Shown piece after piece: positions 37,311-49,298 of a DNA stretch of 64,000 nt. A program made the translations under genes and the position numbers. The notes under the pieces are model-generated. The model was given only the letters and a program-made list of their open reading frames with translations, was not told the origin of the DNA and searched no databases. Each line of letters starts with the position of its first letter. The stretch's first letter is position 1. This DNA comes from Octopus vulgaris (Eukaryota), in assembly GCA_951406725.2 (NCBI GenBank), contig OX597815.1, positions 192,634,001-192,698,000 of the forward strand. Reading direction: 5' to 3'.

Positions 37311-39040
37311 AGACTATCTATGACCCATTGGGTCACTGGGAAAGTCTGAGATTCCCAGCAACAGAGTTTTCCTCCATGGGTTTTTTCGGGTTATTTCACA
37401 TGATTTCAACAAATGTGACCTTGAAATCATGTGTAAACAGCTCCTTTCCACAGAAAAAAAAACATTTGGCTGCTATTTCTTGCATGCCCTACTACCACAT
37501 AACAAATATTTTGGGTCCTTTATCACAAATAGCTGCTAAGTTGTAGCAGTCAAATCTTTGGAGGTGAGATACATTGAATGCACTTGAAAAAATCCTATGG
37601 AAAAAATTATTTTACACCGAGTTTACGAACGGGTCTTTTACAAAATATTTACAATACTTTTCAAATCATTTTCACTTTAAAATATATTTTAAATATGCCA
37701 AAAACAAATTTTTGTAATGGTATTCACTTGAAAATAATTTTAAAAACCATTGAAATATTGTTTGTTTAAAGAAAGCTAAAATATAAATACTTACTGTGCA
37801 AACCACTTACATTTTTGAAATTATTTCACTTAAAAATATTCCTAAATAAATAAAATATTGTGTTTAACAAAAGCAGAAATAGAAACATTTACTGTAAAAA
37901 ACAACTATTTTTTCGTTGTCAAGTCACTGTGTCTAATCAAAAGGTAAGAGTTTCTTCCCTTTCAGGATTAAGTTAATTTTGGAATATTTTCCCATAATGC
38001 ACCATTTTGGGTATTTATAGCCCCAAAACCACTAATATTTCAAAAACCATTTGTCCAATTTACACTAAACTTCTTTTATTCTGTTTGTATTAACATTTGA
38101 GGGACAACTTAATTTATAGTATTTTCCCATTATGTACCACTTTGGCTGAGTAACATTGCAAGCAAGCAAGCAAGATTGAAGTTGACTTTTAATGCATTAC
38201 TAGACTACTCGTGACCAGTTAGGCCACTGGGGAAGTCTGAGTTTCCCAGCAACAGAGTTTTGTTTTGTAGGTTTATTTTCTTTCCCAGGTTATTTTGCAT
38301 GCTTTCAACAAATGTGACATCGAAATCACATGCAAACATCGCCTTTCCCCAGAAAAGAAAAGATTTGGCTGCTATTTCTTGCATGCCCTGCAACCACATA
38401 ACAGGTATTTCAGGCCCTTTATCGCAAATAGCTGTTACATGGTAGCAGGGTGTGCTAGAATTAGCAGTTAAATCTTTGGAGGTGAGATACACTGGATGCA
38501 CTTGAAAAAAACCTATGGAAAAAATTATTTCACACCAAGGTTACGAGCTCTTTTACAAAATATTTACTGTATGCTAAAAGAAATTTTTGTAATAGCACTC
38601 ACTTGAAAATAATTTTTAAAAACCATTAAGATATTGTCTGTTTAAAGATAGCTAAAATATAAATACTCACTGTACAAACAACTTACATTTTTGAAATCCC
38701 ATTCACTTAAAAATATTTCTAAATGAATGAAATATTGTGTTTAACAAAACCGAAAATAGATACATTTACTGCAAAAAATAAATCGCAATGTCTAATCGAA
38801 AGGTAAGAGTGGTTAAGTTTAATTTCAGAATATTTTCCCATAATGCACAGTATTGGATATTTATACCTCCCAAAACCCCTAATATCTTCACAACCACTTG
38901 TCCAATTTATGCGAAATTGTTTTATTTCATTCATATTTACATTTCAGCGAGAACTTAATTCACAATATTTTCCCATTATGCACTAGTTTGGCTGGGTAGC
39001 ATTGCAAGCAAGCAAACAAGATTCATACATGCTTATATTA
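37309..39040 (-). mobile_element. Head-to-tail tandem pair of ~850-bp non-autonomous Helitron-like elements
   Basis: Two diverged copies (~37309-38199, ~38200-39040); each minus-strand 3' end is a hairpin (tgacccaatgggtca; gtggcctaactggtcac) followed ~8 nt later by CTGG|T or CTAG|T. Confidence 0.65.
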
Positions 39041-39510
39041 GTGTTTGCGTCTATGCTTGTTCCCCCTCCACCATTGCTTGACAACTGATATTGGTGTGTT
39101 TGAGTCCTTGTAACTTAGAGAATCAGCAAAAGAGACCAATAGAATAAGTAATAGGCTTACAAAGAATAAGCATGGCCGTCATCAAATGACTGAAACAAGT
39201 AAAAGAATAAAAGAATATAAAGGTTTATAGTCATAATTCTTTGACTGTGTGTAAACACATGGCCTAATTGACAGGGTCTTGCATCCACGGCTGGAAGAAC
39301 ATAACTTTGATTCCCAGACTAAGCGATGTGTTGCATTTTGGAGTACAATATTTCTTTGCTCCAGTCCACTCACCTGTAAATAAGAGAACCTGCAAGGGAC
39401 TGGCATTTCATTTAATGGTGGATGTTGTGATACCAGTCACCTATACACATGGGAACCAAGTAACCAATCCTGTCTGTTCTAGAACTCAAGACAGTAATGT
39501 CCAGTGTTTT

Positions 39511-39541
<31 letters not shown>

Positions 39542-40252
39542 ATAGATGCAAGCATGGCTGTGTGGTTAACAAGCCCACTTTTCAGTCATGTAGTTTTGGG
39601 CCCAGTCTCACTGCACAGCACCTTGAGCAAATGCCTTCTACTATAGCCCCAGGCTAACCAAGGGTTTGTGAGTGAACTTGGTACACAGTCTGGAAGCCTA
39701 TTGTGTGTGTGTGTGTGTGTATGCACGTGTTTGTCCTCCACCACCAGCACCATCACCACCACCACCACTCAAGGTGGTTTAGTCAACAGTGGTTGCAGTG
39801 AAAGGTAAACAGAGAAAGGTTATGCTTTAAACATTGGCTTCAGATATGAAATAATGGAAAAAGTTATTTTATTAAAAGCAATCGAAGCCTTTATTGCTTT
39901 CAAAATTAATAGAGACACGCAGGTTATCAATTTCATATGAAAGAAAGCCACAACGCGGTTAAAGAATAAAACACAAAGTCACCTCCTGTCACGATTTGAA
40001 CTCCAATCAATGAAACATCAATTGAAAGGTTCAATAAAGTATTTAAACAAGTGGTTTGTTGAACCAACCATGGCTATGTGGTTAGGGCATTCAGTTCAGA
40101 ATTGTAAGGTCATGTGTTCAATTCCTGGTGGAACATTGTGTCCTTGAGCAAGATGCTTTATTCCACATAACCAATGGAATGCCTGTTTTTCTTGACCCAA
40201 CCAATCCCTAATCTTTCTTTCTGATTCTGGTACAAGGCCAGTAATTTTGAGG

Positions 40253-40652
40253 GTACTCTTTTACTCTTTTACTTGTTTCAGTCATTTGACTGTGGCCATG
40301 CTGGAGCAACGCCTCTAGTCTTGCAAATTGATCTCAGGACTTATTCATTGTAAGCCTAATACTTATACTATCAGTCTCTTTTGCCGAACCACTAAGTTAC
40401 GGGGACGTAAACACGCCAGCATTGGTTGTCAAGCGATGTTGGCAGGACAAGCACATACACACACATACATATATATATATACATATATACGATGGGTTTC
40501 TTTAAGTTTCCGTCTACCAAATCCACTCCCAAGGCTTTGGTCGGCCCGAGGCTATAGTAGAAGACACTTGCCGAAGGTGCCACACAGTGGGACTGAACCC
40601 AGAACCACATGGTTGGTAAGTAAGCTACTTAACACACAGCCACTCCTACGCC
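40253..40652 (-). mobile_element. SINE A full-length copy
   Basis: Matches family consensus end to end. Confidence 0.9.
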
Positions 40653-41979
40653 TAGGGTAGGTGAAAGGTGATTACACTGACCCCAGTGCTCAACTGGTAC
40701 TGAATTTATTGACCCTAAAAGGATGAAAAGCAAAGCTGACCTTCATAGTATTTGAACTCAGAATGTTAAAGAGTCAGAAAAAAATGCTATTAGTGCATAA
40801 ATCAAAACAATAAAAGCACTAATGAATAATGAGAATTATGTAAATATGTCCTTTCTTTCTCCAAAATTAATAAATTATGTATCACTAACTTTTTTCTATT
40901 TTGCCAGATCAATCATTTTTCTTTACAAGAAAAAAAAAAAGTTCTTGTGTCCAACGCATTTAATATATCAATGCATGTGTATTAGCATGTGTGTGTGTAC
41001 ACATATGCCATCTTACAGCTGATTAAATATTCATAATCAAATACCATAAAAATACGAAGAGGATTTTACAGATATCTAAAATGCAGCGACTTTCGACGTT
41101 TTCTGTGAGTCTAATCATCTTACTTTGATAATAAATTCATAAATGGATAAATATGGTGCCAGAGATTACATTCTAACATCTACCATATTTTGATGTCATA
41201 TGGAATGACATGTACTATAATTTTGAAAAGAAAATTTAGCAAGAACGTAATGGAAAAGCACTAATGTTTATAAAAAAGTTAGCCTAAGATGGACTTAGAA
41301 ATCAAGGTAAAATAACCAAAAAATTGTCATTATCATACAAGGTGTAAGCTGATTTTGGAATCATTTTATGAGGGGGAAAAACATGCAGTATTATTCCCCT
41401 ATGTATATTAGTAATAAATATTGTGGATTGATGGATGGATGCAGATAGATAGGAAAGAAGGCACAGGTAAGGCTGTATGGTTAAAAAGTTTGCTCTGGAA
41501 TCATTTCATTACAGGTTTGGTCTCATTATGTGGATGCTGTGAGCTGGTGTCTTTTTTACTATAACAAAATTGGTAGGTGGAAACTGAAAGAAGCCCATCA
41601 TTATCATCATCAGCATCATCAGCATTTAACCTCTTCTTTTCTATGCTGGCATGGGTTGGACAGTTTGACAAGAACTGACGAGCCAAAGGGCTCAGCTAGG
41701 TTCTATGCCTGCTTTGGTATGGTTTCTACAGCTGGATGCCCTTCCTAATGTCAACCATTTAACAAAGTGTACTGGGTGCTTTTTACATAGCACTGAAACT
41801 GGTGAGGTCACTAAGTACCTACAAGATAAAACCTTGAAGGAATAAGAAACTATGATAGAGGGGAGAGGAGTAGGTGATTTGCTGAAGAGGTGAATACATG
41901 GGTTATCTACCTAGAAAGTGAGATGAGAAAGAAAGAGGGAGCATCACATAGATATATGCATACATATATATATCATGCA

Positions 41980-42290
41980 GAGGCGCAATGGCCCAGTATC
42001 TAGGGCAGCGGACTCGTGGTCAGAGGATTGCAGTTTCGATTCCCAGACCAGGCGTTGTGTGTGTTTATTGAGCGAAAACACCTAAAAGCTCCACGAGGCT
42101 CCGGCAGGGGATGATGGTGACCCCTGTTGTACTCTTTTGCCCCAACTTTCTCTCGCTCTTTCTTCCTGTTTCTTGAGTAATGCTGCGATGGACTGGCGTC
42201 CCATCCAATTGGGGTGCACTCATATGCCATAGAAACCAGGAAACCGGGCCCATGAGCCTGGCTAGGCTTGAAAAGGGTGCATAAATAAAA
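41980..42290 (+). mobile_element. tRNA-derived SINE family C
   Basis: A-box tggcccagtatct, B-box agtttcgattccc, internal ctgcgatggactggcgtcccatcca resembling V-SINE-type conserved domains, AT-rich tail. Confidence 0.7.
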
Positions 42291-42785
42291 TATATATATA
42301 TTATATATATATATATATATATACGTTAAACGATGATGATGATGATGATGATATAATCATTAAGTAAAAACAAAATTTAAATAAACGCTACAAAATCTAC
42401 TACATGTTCTGATAGAACAGTATAATCTATAATATGCATCTACATGCTCCAGTAGTACAATAGTCAGAAGAGCTTGTATAGCATGCCCTGTACTGTCCTG
42501 CAGTCTTTCAGATTCAAAGTAAAACATAGCTGTTCTCTGAGAAAGAGCAAAAAAATGAGAGAAAAATATGAGAAAAGGAGAGAAAATGTGGGACGGAGGG
42601 CAGAATGAAAAGAAAGCTGAATAAAATCCATATCCATAACTAGTCACATCTCTTTTTGGAAACCCACAGGGGTCAAATTTGCCCTTCATTCTGCCATAGT
42701 AAATAAAATAAAACACCAATCCAGTTCGTTTTTGGATTTGGTTTGCAAGATTCTTTATATGAGTTCGTGTGTTGAAGCATATTCA

Positions 42786-42964
42786 GTTGTGTCTGGGGAG
42801 AGTCATTTTCTTTTTGTGCCTTATAATTTAACACACTAGTTTTGACTATTGAAAAGGTTGCAAGACGCAACGGAAATTTTAGGAGAATAAAAATAAGAAA
42901 AAAGTGGAAATTTTACCGTTGAGTGTGTTATAAGGCCCAAAAAGAAAATGACTCTCCCCAGACA
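42786..42964. mobile_element. Fold-back copy of the 29250-29390 element (inverted 5' partial copy plus full reverse copy), interrupted by a SINE
   Basis: gttgtgtctggggagagtcattttc...aacacact then the reverse-complement copy ending gactctccccagaca; completed after the SINE by gacacaac (~43374-43381). Confidence 0.75.
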
Positions 42965-43373
42965 GGCGCAGGAGTGGCTGTTTGGTAAGTAGGTTGCTAA
43001 CAAACCACATGGTTCCGGGTTCAGTCCCACTGCATGGCATCTTGGGCACGTGTCTTCTGCTATAGTCCCGGGCCGACCAATGCCTTGTGAGTGGATTTGG
43101 TAGACGGAAACTGAAAGAAGCCTGTCGTATATATGTATATATATATATAAGTGTGTGTGACTGTGTTTGTTCCCCTAGCATTGCTTGACAACCGATGCTG
43201 GTGTGTTTACGTCCCCGTCACTTAGCGGTTCGGCAAAAGAGACCGATAGAATAAGTACTGGGCTTACAAAGAATAAGTCCCGGGGTCGATTTGCTCGACT
43301 AAAAGGCAGTGCTCCAGCATGGCCGCAGTCAAATGACTGAAACAAGAAAAAAGATTAAAAAAAGAGTAAAAGA
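42965..43373 (+). mobile_element. SINE A full-length, low-divergence copy
   Basis: ggcgcaggagtggctg head, B-box ggttcagtccc, internal (TA)(TG) tract, tail aaatgactgaaacaag...aaaagag. Confidence 0.92.
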
Positions 43374-43991
43374 GACACAACCAATCCAGTTAATTTAACT
43401 CAATAGGATATAATGCACCAAATTTGTGGCCTTGTGCTTATGTTAGATATCATCCATATAAAGTAAATTAGCTTTGAATGCTTATTCATTGTCAAGCTCG
43501 GGAGAACGAGTCAATGAAGGAGTGGGGTGAGAGAAGCAGTAAAATGAAAGTGGGAGGAAGTCTTAAGATGTTTATCTGTTTGACTTGATCAGAGAGGCAA
43601 ACGGAAAAAAGAGCGAGAGTGAAATTTTCAATGACAGTAGGTTGATGTAAGAGGTGTAAGAAGGAATGACAAGCATAATTGACAGTTTAATTTATATGTG
43701 GAGAAAAGATAGCAATAGAGTGATTTACATGACTGAAGCAGGATAACACGAATTAATTTGCATAAATGAAATGAAAATGAGCCGAAGAAAATAACTCAAT
43801 GGTTAATGGTATGTATAGGAACATCAAATACATAAGGGTGAATTGAATAGAATACAAGATAAAATTTTGATTAATTGAAAATATCTCCCACTTCAGAGTT
43901 CAATCATTTGGCAGCAACAAGTAGCAACTCCAAATAAAAAAGGGGAGATGAGATACTTGAATATATACAAAAGGAAGAAGTGAAGAAAATT

Positions 43992-44381
43992 TCTCTCTAT
44001 ATAAAGCTGAAGTTGTCTGTGTATGGCAGGTTTGGTAGCCTTCAACTAAAACTATCTCCTCCGAGACCCTGTGGCGCAAGTTGACCAAAATTAAGTGTAT
44101 GATAGAAGAAGGCTTGCTCTTCCTTCCGTAGAAGAAAAAATTCAAATCGGACCATGTTAACACCAAAAATTATTTACATCAAAAAGGTGCTTTTTTTCTA
44201 TGAAAATCCTTATTCTTTACGATTTTTTGACTGCCATGTCACTATTTTTCGATGTATTTCAACCAGAAAAATGTTCACTTAAAGAGAATAACAAGCTACA
44301 TAATGCAAAGTTTTTGCTTTTCAAAAATTCCAATTCTAAAGGGTCGAAACAAACCCGAGCAATGCCGGGCGATACTGCTAG
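43992..44381 (+). mobile_element. Non-autonomous Helitron (second copy of the 3914-4303 family)
   Basis: 5' TCTCTCTATATAAAG; 3' hairpin CCCG-AGCAATGC-CGGG then CTAG|T. Confidence 0.8.
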
Positions 44382-45169
44382 TTATCAATAAATCTAGAAT
44401 TAATCTTGCATATTATTTAACCTTCTGCCTGTCCAAAGCATTTTCATAAGTTTGTCCCAAATGTCCACACTTCTTTTCAGACTTCTAGTTAACCCATGCT
44501 TCATATCTTTTATCTTATATTTGTTTCAGTCATTAGACAGCAGCCATGCTGGAGCAATGCCTGGAAGAATTTTAGTATTTTTAAGCCTGATGATGTATCA
44601 GTTTCTTTAGCTGAACTGCTAAGTTATGGAGGCATAAACACACCAACACAGGCTGTCAAGCAGTGGTGGGGAGGCGGCAAACACAGTCACAAAGACACTC
44701 ACACTCACATGCACATATATATAGGGCAGGCTTCCTTAAGTTTCCATTTACCAAATCCACTCACAAGGCTTTTGGTTGGCCCTAGGCAATAGAAGACACT
44801 TACTCAAGGTGTTACACAACGGCAAAGTATGTTCTGTGTAGTATAAAGCTTTTCTTTCATAAGTCTCAAGTTACTCTGGTGACTCAAAAAGTTGGGAATG
44901 TGTATCACATATGATGCAAGAATTCCAAGGGAATATGTCTGGCATATCACATTTGGAATACAAGACAGGCAAAATATTAATATACTCTTATTTGTTGTTG
45001 TTGTTCAAGTATGTGCCACAAGCCACTCTGAATTTATTTCTCTTAGCTTATTCCATATCATTTATGCAAATTACTGCGGACCATGTGTTCTACTCTCTTT
45101 GGTATATGTCTAATGTCTCATCTGCAGAAGAGAAAACAGAACAGCTAAGCGTCACAAGAAAGAGTGATC

Positions 45170-45870
45170 TCTCTAAAACCTGGTTCATGAAGATTCCTTA
45201 CTTCAATGAGAAGACCACCTCTGCCATCTACAAGGCTATCTGCACAGAAGGACTTGACATTTGGTCAGCCCATTTAGGACCGTCCCTTTGTGAACACCTA
45301 TCAACGAGGTGGTCATCTGCAGTACAACAGCCCTGCACACTAACAAACTGCCACATTTGTGACACTAACAAGTGCGTAATATACCAAAAAGGCAGTGAGC
45401 TGGCAGAAGCGTTAGCGTGCCGGGTGAAATGCTTAGCGGTATTTCATCTGTCATTACGTTTTGAGTTCAAATTCCGCCGAGGTCGACTTTGCCTTTCATC
45501 CTCTCGAGGTCGATAAATAAAGTACCAGTTTCGCACTGGATCAATGTCATCGACTTAGTCTCTTTGTCTGTCCTTGTTTATCCCCTCTATGTTTAGCCCC
45601 TTGTGGGTAGTAAAGAAATAAATATACCAAATACGATACTCCAAAAGCAACAACCACTACAAAGGTAGCACAGCACAATCACTCCATGTCTGAGCTAAGG
45701 AGCACCTCACTGCCACTGCCAATGTGCTCACCTGACCAGATGTGGCAACACCACCAAGGAGACAGACACCTCCATACTAGCCTCGGAGTGGAACACCAGC
45801 AGTTTACTTACAAAATAGGCTCTACTGGTCCACTGCCTCAACCCCCAAATTAACAATTTGACCAATACCA
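45170..45870 (+). pseudogene. Degenerate Penelope-like element ORF remnant (linker and GIY-YIG endonuclease), split by a SINE B insertion
   Basis: KIPYFNEKTTSAIYKA...CTLTNCHIC...KCVIYQ, and after removing the SINE, IRYSKSNNHYKGSTAQSLHV*AKEHL, which matches the PLE pattern VIYxIxCxxCxxxYIGxTxRxLxxRxKEH. Confidence 0.7.
45389..45620 (+). mobile_element. SINE B full-length copy
   Basis: 11-bp TSD aatataccaaa (45378-45388, 45621-45631). Confidence 0.92.
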
Positions 45871-46021
45871 TACAATAGAGGGTGAATGGCCAACAACAAC
45901 AGCTGGAGGTTTGTTTACATCAACGCTCAGACAGCTGGCAACACTTGGAGGGTGACTGCTACTACTACTACTACTAATACTAAAATAATGTTGTCACATC
46001 ACAGATGATGATGGCCTGCAA

Positions 46022-46307
46022 CAGTGGTTCCCAAAGTGGGCAATACTGCCTCGTTTGGGGCAGTGGAAAGATCCAGCAGGGCATTGGAAAAGAGTTGGAT
46101 GATAATGGGGTGGCCAAAATGAGATGATAGATTTAAAAAAAAATATATTAATTGGCTAATTAGGTTTAAGCTTAATTTCTGGATTACAGTTGTTTTGAAT
46201 TTGCTGCAGAAAGTGGTCTATATTTGTGGTGGTGAGGGGGGGGGGGCGTTAGGAATGTGGCCTGGGTGCCAAGGGGACAGCAGCCTGTAAAAGTTTGGGA
46301 ACTACTG
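46022..46307. mobile_element. hAT (Charlie-like) MITE
   Basis: TIRs cagtggttcccaaa / tttgggaactactg; 8-bp TSD only degenerate. Confidence 0.7.
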
Positions 46308-47019
46308 GCTAAAACAACAGTTGGAAATTTGCTTACACCAACACTTGGACAGCTGGTAACATTTGATAGGTGACTACTACTACTACTACTACTACTACTA
46401 GTGCTACTACTAGTGCTATTAAGATAATGCTGTCACATCATCCTACAGATGGTGAATAACCTACAACAACAGGTGGCAGTTTGTTTACACCAACACTTGG
46501 AGCATTAATTAGAGTAACTGCTGCTGTTATATAATTCTAGGGGATTTGAATGGGTTAATGGAATCTGCATAATTGGATATTTCCCACACTGTTTTTCTTC
46601 TTCTGAAGGGCCTTTGCACCTGAAATGTAAGGGTTTTATAAAACTTCTCACATTGTCAGAAGCTCTCTCTTTTACTTTCTCCAATATTACAATGCTTCAA
46701 GTGAACTACAACGCTTCTTATATGACTGAAACCTTTGGCATTATGTCATGCTTTAGAAGAAGACCCATCAAGCCAAGCAAAATTGGACTCATGGCATATA
46801 CTGGTGTCACACAAATGGCACCTGTGCTGGTGGCACATAAAAGCACCTATTACACTCTCAAAGGGCATCCAGCTATAGAAAACCATACCCCAAATCAGAC
46901 TGGAGTTCGGTGCAGCTTTTCCAGCTTACCAGCCCTGGTCAAACTGTCCAACCCATTCCAGCATGGACAATGGAAGTTAAAATGATGATGATGATGATGA
47001 TGATGATGATATTCTTTGA

Positions 47020-47867
47020 TTTCTTTCAGTCATTAGACTGCAGCCATACTGGAGCATCACCTTGAAGAATTTTAGTTGAATGGCACGACCCCAGTGCTTA
47101 TTTTAATAGCCTGATACTTGATCGATACGTCTCTTTTATAAAACTGCTAAGTGACAGGGACAGAAACATACCAACACCAGCTGTCAAGTGTGGATAAACA
47201 CAGACTCAAAGACACATACACACGACAGGCTTCTTACAGTTTCTGTCAACTAAATCCACTCACAAGACTTTAGTTAGCTCAAAGCTATAATAGAAGTCAC
47301 TTTCCTAAGGTGTCATGAAGTGAGCACTGAACCTGGAACCATTATGGCTGGAAAGCAAGCTTCTTATTACACAACCACACTTGTGCCTATATATACATTA
47401 AAAAACCCCACTAAATATGTTTTGTTTTAACCATTTTTACCTTTTAAAAATAAACTATAAACATAGGAGTGGCTGTGTGATAAGTAGCTTGCTTACGAAC
47501 CACATGGTTCCAGGTTCAGTCCCACTGCATAGCACCTTGGGCAAGAGTCTTCTACTATAGCCTTGAGTTGACCAAAGCCTTGTGAGTGGATTTGGTAGAC
47601 GGAAACTGAAAGAAGCCTGTCATATATATGTATATATATATATATGTATGTATATGTTTGTGTGTCTGTGTTTGTCCCTCCAACATTGCTTGACAACCGA
47701 TGCTGGTGTGTTTACGTCCCCGTCACTTAGCTGTTCGGCAAAAGAGACCGATAGAATAAGTACAAGGCTTACAAAGAATAAGTCCTAGGGTCAATTTGCA
47801 AGACTAGTGGCATTGCTCCAGCATGGCCACAGTCAAATGACTGAAACCAGTAAAAGAGTGAAAGAGT
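47020..47867. mobile_element. Head-to-head pair of SINE A copies (old minus 47020-47390; younger plus 47465-47867)
   Basis: Family consensus matches in opposite orientations ~75 bp apart. Confidence 0.8.
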
Positions 47868-48319
47868 ATATGGCATAGTAAGTGTATATTTCATATTAAA
47901 TATTACAGCAAAAATAAATTTCATGGTTCTTACCAAGTCAAAAAAAGTTTTTCCCCCTGTAACTAATATAAAGATTAGTATGTGTTGGTATAAGTATATT
48001 AGTTATTAATGTAATTTGGTTTGATTTGCTATGTATAAATATTGAAATACTCAGCACAAGGTTATGTGAGATCTGAGAAGACACACTTGCAATAAATACA
48101 CAAACACACACACCCTATACTAATTCTTGATTTCTTTCTGTTTTTGATTTTTTTTTTCCTGCATTCGTTTTACTTAATTGTAAGAGATAGTGTGGAACTT
48201 TTAATCCAGATTAGTGATACTACATCATAGTCAAAGAATACAGCAAAAAGAATTTCTTTCAGAAAATCTTATTAAATCACACTAAATCCATGTTTATAGC
48301 TAGTCTAGCATATCTAATA

Positions 48320-48670
48320 TATATACATACCATATATATATACCTGTATGTATATATATATATATAGATAGATATATATACATATATATATACACACAAA
48401 CATATTTATATACATATATATATATATACATATATATATATATGTATATATATGTTATATATGTATATATATATATACATATATATATGTATATATATGT
48501 ATATATATATATACATATATATATATTTATATATACATATACACATATATATATTTATATATACATATATATACATATATACACATATATACTTATACAT
48601 ACATATACACACATATATATAAATTTATATATATACATATTTATATATATACATATATATTTATATATAG

Positions 48671-48709
<39 letters not shown>

Positions 48710-48765
48710 CATATACATATATACATACATACATGATGATACATAAATACATACACATATATATA
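48320..48765. repeat. Degenerate (TA)n/(TACA)n microsatellite
   Basis: Direct reading. Confidence 0.95.
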
Positions 48766-49298
48766 ACTTCAATTTTCATCATTGTTATTGAGAGATTAAT
48801 GAAAAATAAGTGCAGTAAAAAATTATTCAAAAAAAATTAGGAGACACCAAATCCAAGAATAAAAATTTCTATTATTAAAGATGCTTCTGTTTTTTTAACT
48901 GCAATGTATTTTTTTAAACATCACAAAAAAAATATTCATTGCTAAAAGAAATACATGTGTATTAGTATAAACCTACTGCTAAATTTTCTTTGTTTTAATT
49001 TTATATTTTCTCTGTTTTAGTTTACATTCAATACACACACAAATACCCGTATACACATGGTTTTTTTCGAAATGGTATAAAAAAAAAAATAACAGAAAAA
49101 CAAAATATATATTATCAAAATTAGCCTTTATTTCCTTAGGGAGGAAAACGATATTCAAGTTACTGACAAGGAGGTATTTCATCAGTGTTCTTAGAATGCT
49201 ATACTGAAGAAATATCCTCTGGCACCAGATAAACATCTCTCTCTCTCTCTCTCTCGCTTTCTCTCTCTCGATTTCTCTCTTCGTACAAAAGATAAGTG

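Noticed and set aside
42390-42515. Hammerhead-like arrangement on the minus strand (CTGAAAGA, 9-bp stem, AGAACATGTA)
   Set aside because: Too many core deviations to call without a family consensus
42965-43045. tRNA gene candidates at SINE heads
   Set aside because: A and B boxes are present but there is no complete cloverleaf, and the heads are always attached to SINE bodies
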